Positions 27,767 to 36,517 are shown, counted from the first letter of the stretch. The stretch: DNA of 64,000 nt from Candidatus Magasanikiibacteriota bacterium (GCA_026396515.1 JAPLWQ010000003.1:291569-355568); one strand, 5' to 3'. Notes: generated by a model from the letters alone, not told the origin. Program-made: numbers and translations.

Positions 27767-28906
27767 TTATTCAATTTCTCCCCCGCCCAAACATTCGCCT
27801 CTTAAATATAACACCGCGAATTGTCCAGGCGTGACCGCTCTTTGCGGTTTATGGAATTTAACTATTAGATTGCTTCGGCCTTTGGCCTCGCAATGACACG
27901 ATTGCAACAGCTGCCGATGTCTTAACCTTACCTCACATTTTAGCGGAAATTTCGGCGCCCGTCCAGCAATCCAGTTAACGTCTTTAACAGTAATTTCTCG
28001 TTTTGAAAGCAGAGGGTCGTTTTCATGTCCGACTACTAATTCATTCATTTTTATGTTTTTTCCCACTACGTAAAACGGTTTAGAGAAGTCGTCGCGAAGC
28101 GACTCCATTGTTTTGACTTTCACCCCTATTCTCTCCCCTATTGTATAAAAAGCCAAGCCGTCATGCTCGCCGGCCACTTCATCGTTCCCTCTCCCCCCTT
28201 CCCCCTCTCGGGCAGAGGGGGACAATAAAATTTTGCCCTTTTTTCGTTCAATTTTTTTCATTAAAAACTTTTTCATCGGCACTTCACCAATAAAACAAAT
28301 TCCCATACTTTCTTCTTTGTCGGCCGTGGGTAATTTAAACTCTTTCGCTAAGGCGCGCACTCTTAATTTAGTGTATTTACCGATCGGAAATAATACATGT
28401 TTTAATTGCGCTTGACTCAATTGATGCAAAAAATATGTTTGGTCTTTATTTTCGTCTTTGGCGGATATTAAGCGTAAACTTTTGACTTTTGACTTTTGAC
28501 TTTTGACTTCCCGCCGAAGGCGGGCATAATGTCCGGTGGCCAAATAATCGAAGCCTAGCTCTTTTGCCTTATCAAGCCAAACACCGAATTTCACATATTT
28601 ATTGCACAATACATCCGGGTTCGGCGTCCGGCCGGCGCGGTATTCGCGATACATATAATCCAAAACCATTTTTTTGTATTCTTTTACAAAGTTCAGCCGG
28701 ACAAGCGGTATGCCGAGCTTAGCCGCCACGCGCAGTGCGTCCTGATAGTCTCCACGCCAACAACTGCCGCCGAGATCATCTGTCGCGTCGCTATAATTAA
28801 CCATATACGCGCCGGTGACATCAAAACCCGCCTTCACCAAAAGTGCGGCGGCAACGGAAGAGTCTACCCCTCCGCTCATGGCGACTAAAACTTTAGTTTT
28901 CTTCAT
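27767..28906 (-). CDS. mnmA: tRNA 2-thiouridylase MnmA carrying in-frame repeat insertions
   Basis: AMSGGVDSS, GRTPNPD..CN, ATGHYAR, KDQTYFL, SMGICF, TPGQ, CLGGG. ATG at 28906. Confidence 0.96.
   Translation of the reverse strand: MKKTKVLVAMSGGVDSSVAAALLVKAGFDVTGAYMVNYSDATDDLGGSCWRGDYQDALRVAAKLGIPLVRLNFVKEYKKMVLDYMYREYRAGRTPNPDVLCNKYVKFGVWLDKAKELGFDYLATGHYARLRREVKSQKSKVKSLRLISAKDENKDQTYFLHQLSQAQLKHVLFPIGKYTKLRVRALAKEFKLPTADKEESMGICFIGEVPMKKFLMKKIERKKGKILLSPSAREGEGGRGNDEVAGEHDGLAFYTIGERIGVKVKTMESLRDDFSKPFYVVGKNIKMNELVVGHENDPLLSKREITVKDVNWIAGRAPKFPLKCEVRLRHRQLLQSCHCEAKGRSNLIVKFHKPQRAVTPGQFAVLYLRGECLGGGEIE
27867..27898. repeat. Short palindromic element, copy 1 (inside mnmA)
   Basis: AGATTGCTTCG-N8-CCTCGCAATGACA; same flanks as the copy at 63873. 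Confidence 0.75.
28478..28509. repeat. Heptamer tandem repeat (ACTTTTG)4+ inside mnmA
   Basis: Directly visible; encodes VKSQKSKVKS on the minus strand. Confidence 0.9.
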
Positions 28907-28953
28907 ACATTCCATTATATCTAATCTGCCTATTTTTTCAAATATTTTCATAT

Positions 28954-28988
28954 AAAAATACCGCGTAGATTATACGCGGTATTTTTTT
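28954..28988. terminator. Intrinsic terminator after the CxxC-x17-CxxC gene
   Basis: AAAAATACCGCGTA-GATTA-TACGCGGTATTTTT. Confidence 0.85.
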
Positions 28989-28993
28989 GAAGT

Positions 28994-29350
28994 TTAAGCT
29001 GCGTTGCGTCTCGCGCGCAGACAGTCGGTGCAGTAAACCGGCTTATCACCCGTCGGTTCGAAGGGCAATTCGGTAATCTGCTTTCCGCAGTCAGCACAAT
29101 TCAGGTTGACCTGAAACTTCTGACTCGGAGCACGTCCGCGGCTACCGCCACCAAAACCACCACGACCGCCACCGCTGTTACCTCCGCCAAAACCGCTACC
29201 ACGCTTATCTTGCCAATAAGAGCGGTTGCACTCGGCACAGTATACTTTGCGATCGCCTGTCGGCTGAAATGGAAGCTCAGAGATGTGTGTACCGCAACGG
29301 GCACAAGTCAAATCCACGCTGAACTTCGGCTTATCGTCGCCAAATGACAT
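28994..29350 (-). CDS. Tandem CxxC-x17-CxxC-type zinc-ribbon protein with Gly/Arg-rich linker
   Basis: Two copies of C..CG..I.ELPF.PTGD..VYC..C separated by an RGG/FGGG linker. Confidence 0.85.
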   Translation of the reverse strand: MSFGDDKPKFSVDLTCARCGTHISELPFQPTGDRKVYCAECNRSYWQDKRGSGFGGGNSGGGRGGFGGGSRGRAPSQKFQVNLNCADCGKQITELPFEPTGDKPVYCTDCLRARRNAA

Positions 29351-29368
29351 ATTATATACCTACTTTTT

Positions 29369-29460
29369 GTTCCCAAAATGTTTTTTGAGACAACTTAATT
29401 AAATCGACCCCACCCCATATTTGGGGTTATTCCGCATTACGCGGGCTTGCATTTGGGAAC
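29369..29460 (-). ncRNA. Candidate multi-stem 5' leader RNA of the CxxC gene
   Basis: 9-bp closing stem GTTCCCAAA/TTTGGGAAC enclosing two hairpins. Confidence 0.45.
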
Positions 29461-29505
29461 TACTAAATCGTGTTACCCAAAAATTGCAAAATAAGTGTAG
29501 CACAT

Positions 29506-31278
29506 TTAGACCGAAAAGTCAATTGGCTCTCCATCGTCAAGTTTCACCACCTGTCCGGGTCTTACAAACTTTGATTGAGCGGCCGGCTGGTGCGCCTGCG
29601 AAGGCTGATTTTTTGGTATTTCAGACGGACGAACAGTTGATAAAGGAATAACCGGAACAGCTTTTACGGGTTCGGCGTTATCCTCGTCAATTATCTGATT
29701 AACCGGACGCGGCGCCTTTCTAGGAGCATCATGAAACGACTTTTTATTTCTATCCTTATTAGACGCCGGCTTTCCCTGCGGTTTATAATCGTCTCGCTTC
29801 GGTTTTGCCGGCTCATGTTTTTCCACCGTCTTCTGTTCTTCCTTTTTTACGAAGTCGCCGAGTTTTTTTGGCGGCTCTCCATTCACGAGTACCGGACTTG
29901 GCGCTCCGGCTTCTGTTTTTGGTTCTAAATCATCCTCATCTTCCAACCCGCCGACTTCCATACCGCTCCAGCGCATAATTTTTTCCTCAATTTTATCACG
30001 CGCAATGCCGTAGCGTTCTCTGGAAACCCGGATAACTCTTTCAGCGCTGTCCGTCGGCGAACCGATCGGCGGCATGGACAGAGCGGAAAACGGCCGCGAA
30101 GAAACTCCATCTATCATTAGTTTAAGATAGATGTTGAACTTTGGCAGATTAACCAGGTCTTCCTCGGTAAAAATCGGTGAAAATTCTTTAACCAAAACCT
30201 CCGCGTCTGTTGAACCAACTCTATAAGTAACCAGACTACCGACGTTGCCGATGACCGCGGCCAGCACAGTTTCATCCAGTTGTTCCATGTACTGGTGGGC
30301 CATTATAAGGCCAAGCCGATATTTTCTTGCCTCTGATAATATATTGGCAAAACTCTCCGTGGCAAAGTTCTGAAACTCATCAACGTATAAAAAGAAATCT
30401 TTGCGTTCTTTTTCCGGAATATCCACGCGCTCCATGGCCGAAAGCTGAATTTTAGTAATCAACATACCGCCCAAAAGCCGGGAATTATCTTCGCCGATTC
30501 TGCCCTTGGAAAGATTCATTATAAAAATCTTCTTGGTATCCATTATTTCCCTGATATTTATTTTCGATTTTACCTGCGCCACAATATTTCTGATAACCGA
30601 GGCGGATAAAAACTGGCCGATCTTATTTTGGATTGGGGCGACCGCTTCCTGTTTATAGCGGTCATTATAGGCGGCGAATTCAGTTTCCCAAAATGCTTTA
30701 ACCACCGGGTCTTTAAGATTCCTCACTACCCTCTCGCGATATTCTTTGTCGGCCAATAAGCGATTTATACCGAGCAAGGTGGTATCGGGAAAATCCAGCA
30801 GCGCCAAAATAGTATTATTTAAAATGTATTCCATTCTGGAGCTCCACATATCCACCCAGATTTTTTTGAATACGCCCATTAGGCCGGAAGCAACAAGATG
30901 TTTATGCTCCGGGTTTACCATCTCGAACATATTAAAACCGACCGGATAATTAATATCAGCCGGATTAAAATATACAACATCGTTGATCCGGTTGGCCGGA
31001 ATGAAATTGATAATTTTTTCGGCAAAATCGCCGTGCGGATCCACCAGCCCCACGCCATGCCCGGCGTAAATATCATTGAGCACCATATTTTCCAACATGG
31101 TGGTTTTACCCATACCGGTTTTTCCCACCACATACATATGGCGGCGGCGGTCGTCCAATTTCACGCCAAACTTGCGGAACTGATTGCGGTAGTTTGTTAA
31201 GCCAAAATAGTTGACATTCGGGTCAACTTCTATGGGCGGCTTTTTCTCATCCGCTGAATTTGTCATCATGTCTGCCAT
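29506..31278 (-). CDS. VirD4/TraG/HerA-like ATPase (type IV coupling-protein family)
   Basis: RRHMYVVGKTGMGKT, DPHGD, LYVDEFQNF, EARKY.L..AHQ; low-complexity C-tail. Confidence 0.88.
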   Translation of the reverse strand: MADMMTNSADEKKPPIEVDPNVNYFGLTNYRNQFRKFGVKLDDRRRHMYVVGKTGMGKTTMLENMVLNDIYAGHGVGLVDPHGDFAEKIINFIPANRINDVVYFNPADINYPVGFNMFEMVNPEHKHLVASGLMGVFKKIWVDMWSSRMEYILNNTILALLDFPDTTLLGINRLLADKEYRERVVRNLKDPVVKAFWETEFAAYNDRYKQEAVAPIQNKIGQFLSASVIRNIVAQVKSKINIREIMDTKKIFIMNLSKGRIGEDNSRLLGGMLITKIQLSAMERVDIPEKERKDFFLYVDEFQNFATESFANILSEARKYRLGLIMAHQYMEQLDETVLAAVIGNVGSLVTYRVGSTDAEVLVKEFSPIFTEEDLVNLPKFNIYLKLMIDGVSSRPFSALSMPPIGSPTDSAERVIRVSRERYGIARDKIEEKIMRWSGMEVGGLEDEDDLEPKTEAGAPSPVLVNGEPPKKLGDFVKKEEQKTVEKHEPAKPKRDDYKPQGKPASNKDRNKKSFHDAPRKAPRPVNQIIDEDNAEPVKAVPVIPLSTVRPSEIPKNQPSQAHQPAAQSKFVRPGQVVKLDDGEPIDFSV

Positions 31279-31310
31279 AGCGTGTATTATACACCAAAAA
31301 ATGCGGCTTG

Positions 31311-31709
31311 TTAACTGAAAAGCTTAGCAATTTCCGCCACATCTATTTTTTCTTGTCCTTTAATTGAATGTACTGACCCCCCGCCGTCGCCTTGCCAGCG
31401 CGGGAAAATATGCCAGTGCACATGCGGTACTACTTGGCCGGCTGCCGGGCGGTCATTGAGTCCGATATTCATCCCTTCCGGTTTAATCACCTCATTTACC
31501 CGTCTGGCCGCGGCTGACAAACCGGTGGAAAATTTCGTCCGGTCTTCCGAAGAAAAGTCAAAAATACTGTTGACATGTTTTTTCGGCACAACTACCGTAT
31601 GACCTTTGGCATGTGGAAATATATCCAAAAAAGCCAAAACATTATCATCTTCATACACCTTATGGCAAGGAACTTCTCCGGCCACAATTTTACAAAAAAT
31701 GCATTCCAT
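31311..31709 (-). CDS. HIT family nucleotide hydrolase
   Basis: CIFCKI, GHT.V.PK.H, GQVVPHVHWH. Confidence 0.93.
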   Translation of the reverse strand: MECIFCKIVAGEVPCHKVYEDDNVLAFLDIFPHAKGHTVVVPKKHVNSIFDFSSEDRTKFSTGLSAAARRVNEVIKPEGMNIGLNDRPAAGQVVPHVHWHIFPRWQGDGGGSVHSIKGQEKIDVAEIAKLFS

Positions 31710-31717
31710 AAAATTAC

Positions 31718-33793
31718 TTATATTAATATTTTACTTTCAACGATATTGTTAATAATCAAATAACATTTGTTCGTACCGGTAAGTTCCGCGGCCCTTTTCC
31801 AGAGCTTCTCGTTTGGCGATTGTTTAAAATCCTCATATAAAGCAACAAGTTCCGGCTGGCCGAAATTTTTATCAATTGGAAAACCTCCGCCGATTACTTT
31901 TTTCGCCGATACGGCTTCAAGCGCGAGCAACTGATAAGTATCGCCGATAACGCAATATTTTTTGTCCTGCTTCATTTCCTGCCAAATTTTGCCGGCTGTC
32001 TCATATTCAGCGACTCCCATTGCGCGCGACACCGGGCCGAGCGAATACGACGAGGCGATTGCCGCGGCGCCAATAATAATAATCAGAAGTGAAGCAAACT
32101 GGCTTTTTTCAAAAACTTTTTCAACGGCCTTAAATAGAAAAAATATTCCAATAAGGGCGAGCGTCGCATCAAGCCGCCTGCTCAAAATATGGTCGCCGAT
32201 TAAAACATATCTGCTGATAAAATAGCCGGTGTAAACGCCGATACCCAGTATCGCCAGCCATTTTTCTCGGACCAGCCCGCTCTTCAACAATTTGACAAGT
32301 CCAAATATTATTCCGGAAAAAACGAGCAGCATCAGAACCGGTATCCACCAGCGCCATACGGTCAAGCCGTTTGGCACAAATGCATTTAGCGGCGTTTGAT
32401 TGAAAAATACATTTCCCGTGTCAATAATATGCGACCGCGGACCGCTGGCCAAATAATAACCGGTTAAATTGCCGACCGCCTGCACTGATGAAGAAAAAAT
32501 ATTATTGGCGCTAAATTTTGCATACCCGGCGGATAATTCAATAAACGGAATAAATATTATAGCCGCAAAAATTATCATTGCATAAATAATTCTACCGGTC
32601 AGAACGGATTTAATATTTTTAATCCAATTTATTGATTCAAAAAGAAGCCATACGAACCAAAACAAAATAAAATACAGCGCATAGCCAAAGAGAGAGAAAA
32701 TTCCCAAAGCGGACAACAAAAAGACCTGTTCACGGCGTTTGCATTCCCCTCTCCTGATGATTAGCAAAAGAAAAAACAAGAAAATTACAAAGCCATAGTT
32801 CACGGGCAGTGAAAATGAACCGGCCGCCTGAAGAGCAAACGGCCATAGTCCAAACCAGGATAAAAGAAGCGACTTCCTTTTCCCCCAGCCAAGCGATGAT
32901 CCGATTTCATATAATAACAGCGGAACGAGAAGCGAAAATAATATCGGCTGAAACCATGCAATTAGCGGAACAAGCCCGACATCCAACGAACGTGAAAGAA
33001 CGCTTAGCGTGCCCCAGAACTGGCTATAGGAAAAAAGTCCGGGATTCAATTTATCAATCCAGCCGGCGTCATCGGCAAAATTCTGAACTGACAATGGTTC
33101 TTCTGCAACCACCCGCTCAATTGAAGCAATGTGGCGCCATCCGTCCGCACCATAAAATAATCGATGGGACATGGGCAAATATGCCGCCATCATAAATGTC
33201 TGAAGAACAAGTAGAAATAATAACGTCTTAGTTTTAAAATTAGAAAAAAACAATCCGCCCAATGTCAGTGCTGCCAAAAAAAACAGGTAAACATAATTAA
33301 TCGGTATCACCTGCCAAGGCGTTTCAATCATGAAACCGGTGCGGTATTGCCAAAGCAAAAACAATCCAAAAACGAAAAAAACCAAATAAGCCCAAAAATA
33401 TATTTTGCTTTGCGGTATTACAACAACTTCTTCTTGAGCCGCTTCGGCAATTTCCGTATTTTTAGCTTTTGTCGCCCAATTATCGAGCAATTGAGAAACC
33501 ACCCCCACCAGAACCATTGCCAGGGAAAGCAACTCGGCAGTAAGTTTATAAAAAACAATTAGAGCGCCACACAGCCAGCCGAGCAGAATAAAAGCGGCAA
33601 AGGCGCCATATAGCTTTGTTCTGGCATTCGGAGAAAAATAAAAAAACTTTATCAGCGCTTTTTCAAAACCGTCTGATACAAACCAGAAAAACAACAGCAA
33701 AATAAGCCCGCCAATCCATGGCAGACGCCAATATTCGATATTAAAAAATAGCAGCAGGACGGTGGAAAAGATTGTCAGTAGTCGGCTTAGCAT
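31718..33793 (-). CDS. Large polytopic membrane protein, possibly GT-C fold
   Basis: Many TM segments; 'YGADGWRH' loop after the N-terminal TMs. Function not recognised. Confidence 0.5.
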   Translation of the reverse strand: MLSRLLTIFSTVLLLFFNIEYWRLPWIGGLILLLFFWFVSDGFEKALIKFFYFSPNARTKLYGAFAAFILLGWLCGALIVFYKLTAELLSLAMVLVGVVSQLLDNWATKAKNTEIAEAAQEEVVVIPQSKIYFWAYLVFFVFGLFLLWQYRTGFMIETPWQVIPINYVYLFFLAALTLGGLFFSNFKTKTLLFLLVLQTFMMAAYLPMSHRLFYGADGWRHIASIERVVAEEPLSVQNFADDAGWIDKLNPGLFSYSQFWGTLSVLSRSLDVGLVPLIAWFQPILFSLLVPLLLYEIGSSLGWGKRKSLLLSWFGLWPFALQAAGSFSLPVNYGFVIFLFFLLLIIRRGECKRREQVFLLSALGIFSLFGYALYFILFWFVWLLFESINWIKNIKSVLTGRIIYAMIIFAAIIFIPFIELSAGYAKFSANNIFSSSVQAVGNLTGYYLASGPRSHIIDTGNVFFNQTPLNAFVPNGLTVWRWWIPVLMLLVFSGIIFGLVKLLKSGLVREKWLAILGIGVYTGYFISRYVLIGDHILSRRLDATLALIGIFFLFKAVEKVFEKSQFASLLIIIIGAAAIASSYSLGPVSRAMGVAEYETAGKIWQEMKQDKKYCVIGDTYQLLALEAVSAKKVIGGGFPIDKNFGQPELVALYEDFKQSPNEKLWKRAAELTGTNKCYLIINNIVESKILI

Positions 33794-33823
33794 AGACGTT
33801 ATTAGCTTGCATTATATTAAATA

Positions 33824-33874
33824 TTGACAAAAAAAGCAAAACGAACTACATTGAACCGAATGCTACAAAGGAGG
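33824..33874 (+). promoter_or_regulatory. Promoter and Shine-Dalgarno of the CDP-alcohol phosphatidyltransferase gene
   Basis: TTGACA-N17-TACATT (33824-33852) and AAGGAGG (33868-33874), 5 nt before the ATG. Confidence 0.7.
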
Positions 33875-33879
33875 CACAT

Positions 33880-34530
33880 ATGGAGCGGCTCTTTTCAAAG
33901 TCATACGGCTGGTTAAACCGGCACTTGGAAAATCAGGTCGTATGGGTTATGCCTCTTTGGCTCAGCCCGAATATGGTCACGATTTTCCGGACGATTCTCG
34001 TTGTTCCGATCGTAATGCTGGTCTTATATGGCTATATGGCGGCGGCAATAACCATGTTCGTCTTCGCCGGCATTCTTGATTATGTCGACGGCGCACTGGC
34101 GAGAGGCCGAAATGAGGTGTCGGAACTGGGAAAATTTCTGGATCCCATTTCGGATAAAATATTCTTCTCCGCCATCGCCCTGCCTCTGTCAATCGGCCTT
34201 TTCACGCTGTCGCCGAACGATTTTCGCGCGATAATCATCCTGGTTCTCTGCCTCATTTCGTCGGCCAGCGAAATGACCCTCTCAATTGTCCGGACACGAG
34301 ATTTCATTCATAACCGATCGGGCGCGCAGAATAAACGCGAACTGAAGGCAACCTACGCCGGTAAGTTCAAATTCGACCTGCAAGCCATCGGTCTTGGCGC
34401 TTTGGTCGTCGCCTATCCCAACCCGGTTCATCCGCTCATTTGGGTGGGAATCGCGACTCTCGCGCTGTCCCTTCCCTTCGCCTGCTTGTCCATTGCCCAC
34501 AAACATCGCCAGCCCATTGAAAGCCGCTAA
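33880..34530 (+). CDS. CDP-alcohol phosphatidyltransferase (PgsA-like)
   Basis: PN.VT..R and D..DG.LAR...S..G..LDP..D signature. Confidence 0.9.
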   Translation: MERLFSKSYGWLNRHLENQVVWVMPLWLSPNMVTIFRTILVVPIVMLVLYGYMAAAITMFVFAGILDYVDGALARGRNEVSELGKFLDPISDKIFFSAIALPLSIGLFTLSPNDFRAIIILVLCLISSASEMTLSIVRTRDFIHNRSGAQNKRELKATYAGKFKFDLQAIGLGALVVAYPNPVHPLIWVGIATLALSLPFACLSIAHKHRQPIESR

Positions 34531-34546
34531 AAAAGCGGCTTTTTTC
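34519..34546 (+). terminator. Intrinsic terminator
   Basis: AAAGCCGCT-AAAAA-AGCGGCTTT followed by Ts, overlapping the stop codon. Confidence 0.7.
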
Positions 34547-34673
34547 ATCAACAACTTACGCACATCTTATCCTTAATTTTCCCTTGCTAAAGCCATACGT
34601 CTGCGATAATATACACGAGCTAAATCGGACAAGGAGGATCCCGTTTTTTTAGGGGTTCTCTTTTTGAAAAAAT

Positions 34674-36137
34674 ATGACTGACAATCAAATTGATAAAATT
34701 CCTCCACAAAGCTTGGAAGCCGAGATGTCACTGCTCGGTTCTCTTTTGATTGATAAAGAAGCAATATTAAAAATCGCCGATATTGTTTCAATGGAAGATT
34801 TCTATAAAACCGGCCACGCCAAAATTTACGAAACAATTATTGAATTGTATTCTCACAACGAACCGGTTGATTTATTAACTTTAAGCAACCGCCTTAAGGA
34901 GAAAAACCTGCTGGAAGGCATTGGTGGAAAATCATATTTGGTAGCCTTGGCCGACTCGGTGCCGACCGCTTCCAACGTGGCCAACTACGCTCATATCGTG
35001 CACCGCAAGGCAACCCGCCGTCGGCTTCTCGGCGCCGCTCATGAAATAAGCCGGTTGGGTTATGCCGAAGAAGGAGAAATGGACGATGTTCTGGATGAAG
35101 CGCAGCGGCACTTATTCGGCGTGTCGCAAAATTATTTTAAACAGACATTTACTCCGATCCGCGGTGTGCTTGCCGACGCTTTCGACCGCATTGACGAATT
35201 GCATAAAAATAAAGGCCAGTTGCGCGGGCTTGCCAGCGGCATTATTCAGCTCGACCAATTGCTCGGCGGTTTTCAAAAATCCGATCTGGTTGTAATAGCC
35301 GCCCGTCCGAGCGTGGGAAAAACTTCACTGGCTTTGGATTTTGTCAGACACATCGGCACAAAATTAAAGGTTCCGATCGGTATGTTTTCTTTGGAAATGA
35401 GCAAGGAGCAAGTGGTTGACCGTTTGCTCTGTGCCGAGGCCAATATTGACCTATGGCGTTTGCGCAGCGGACAATTGTCCGACCGCCCGGAAGCGGATGA
35501 TTTCCCGCGAATCGGCCACGCTATCGGCACTCTTTCCGAGGCGCCCATATTTATCGACGACTCTCCCAATATAAACATTCTGCAATTGCGCACCAAAGCC
35601 CGCCGTCTGCAGGCGGAACACGGGCTGGGCTTAATTGTTATTGATTATCTTCAGCTGATGGAATCGCGCGGCAGTCAGGAAAATCGGGTTCAGGAAGTAT
35701 CTGAAATTACCCGCGGTCTCAAGGGTATTGCCAGGGAATTAAACGTTCCGGTAATCGCGCTGTCCCAGCTTTCTCGCGTGGTGGAGCAAAGCAAGCCGGC
35801 TATTCCAAAACTCTCTCATTTGCGCGAGTCCGGCTCAATCGAACAAGATGCCGATGTTGTTATGTTTATCTACAGAAAGTCGGCTGACCGGAATTACCGC
35901 AAAGAAGAAATCTCGCCGGATGAAAGGTACATTGCCGAACTGCAAATTGCCAAACACAGAAACGGCCCGGTCGGTCTGGTTAAAGTTTTCTTCAATGAAG
36001 CCTGCACTTCATTTAAAAATCTCGACACTCAGAAACACAATTTATCCAATGCAAATATTCCGCAAGCGCCGGTTAAGCTCCGCCCCAAATCGGATTTTGT
36101 GAAACCGCCGGACACGCCGGAAACTCCGCCAATGTAA
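34674..36137 (+). CDS. dnaB: Replicative DNA helicase
   Basis: PPQSLEAE, ARPSVGKT, FSLEMS, IDYLQL, ALSQLSR, LRESGSIEQDAD, KHRNGP. No intein. Confidence 0.97.
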   Translation: MTDNQIDKIPPQSLEAEMSLLGSLLIDKEAILKIADIVSMEDFYKTGHAKIYETIIELYSHNEPVDLLTLSNRLKEKNLLEGIGGKSYLVALADSVPTASNVANYAHIVHRKATRRRLLGAAHEISRLGYAEEGEMDDVLDEAQRHLFGVSQNYFKQTFTPIRGVLADAFDRIDELHKNKGQLRGLASGIIQLDQLLGGFQKSDLVVIAARPSVGKTSLALDFVRHIGTKLKVPIGMFSLEMSKEQVVDRLLCAEANIDLWRLRSGQLSDRPEADDFPRIGHAIGTLSEAPIFIDDSPNINILQLRTKARRLQAEHGLGLIVIDYLQLMESRGSQENRVQEVSEITRGLKGIARELNVPVIALSQLSRVVEQSKPAIPKLSHLRESGSIEQDADVVMFIYRKSADRNYRKEEISPDERYIAELQIAKHRNGPVGLVKVFFNEACTSFKNLDTQKHNLSNANIPQAPVKLRPKSDFVKPPDTPETPPM

Positions 36138-36196
36138 TTTTTCGGGATAATTTGATATAATTAAATCTGTCTTTTTAATTTGCTAAATATAACATT

Positions 36197-36508
36197 ATGT
36201 CCGTCTTCACTAAGCTCAAACAATTCAAGGACCTGCGCGACCAGGGAAAGCGCCTACAAGGCGCGTTAAGCGGCGAATCAGCGACTTGCGAAGCCGCCTT
36301 CGGCAAAGTCTCAGTCACTATGGACGGATCATTAAGCATCACCCAAATTAAAATTGACGATGAGCTGATGTCGCCCGACAAAAAAGATAAGGTTCAAAGC
36401 GCCATTAAAGACGCGCACAATGACGCGCTGAAAAAAATGCAGCGAACTGTGGCGACAAAAATGCAGCAGATGGGCGGCTTTGATCTGCCTGGGATGAAAT
36501 CTTCCTAA
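36197..36508 (+). CDS. ybaB: YbaB/EbfC nucleoid-associated protein
   Basis: G.V.VT.DG...I.I motif, size and position directly upstream of recR. Confidence 0.85.
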   Translation: MSVFTKLKQFKDLRDQGKRLQGALSGESATCEAAFGKVSVTMDGSLSITQIKIDDELMSPDKKDKVQSAIKDAHNDALKKMQRTVATKMQQMGGFDLPGMKSS

Positions 36509-36517
36509 AAATTATTT

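Noticed and set aside
29140-29200. (CCG/CCA)-rich quasi-repeat
   Set aside because: It simply encodes the Gly-rich linker of the CxxC protein.
34674-36137. Intein or intron in dnaB
   Set aside because: The length is normal (487 aa) and the motifs are contiguous; the only extra is a short Pro-rich tail.
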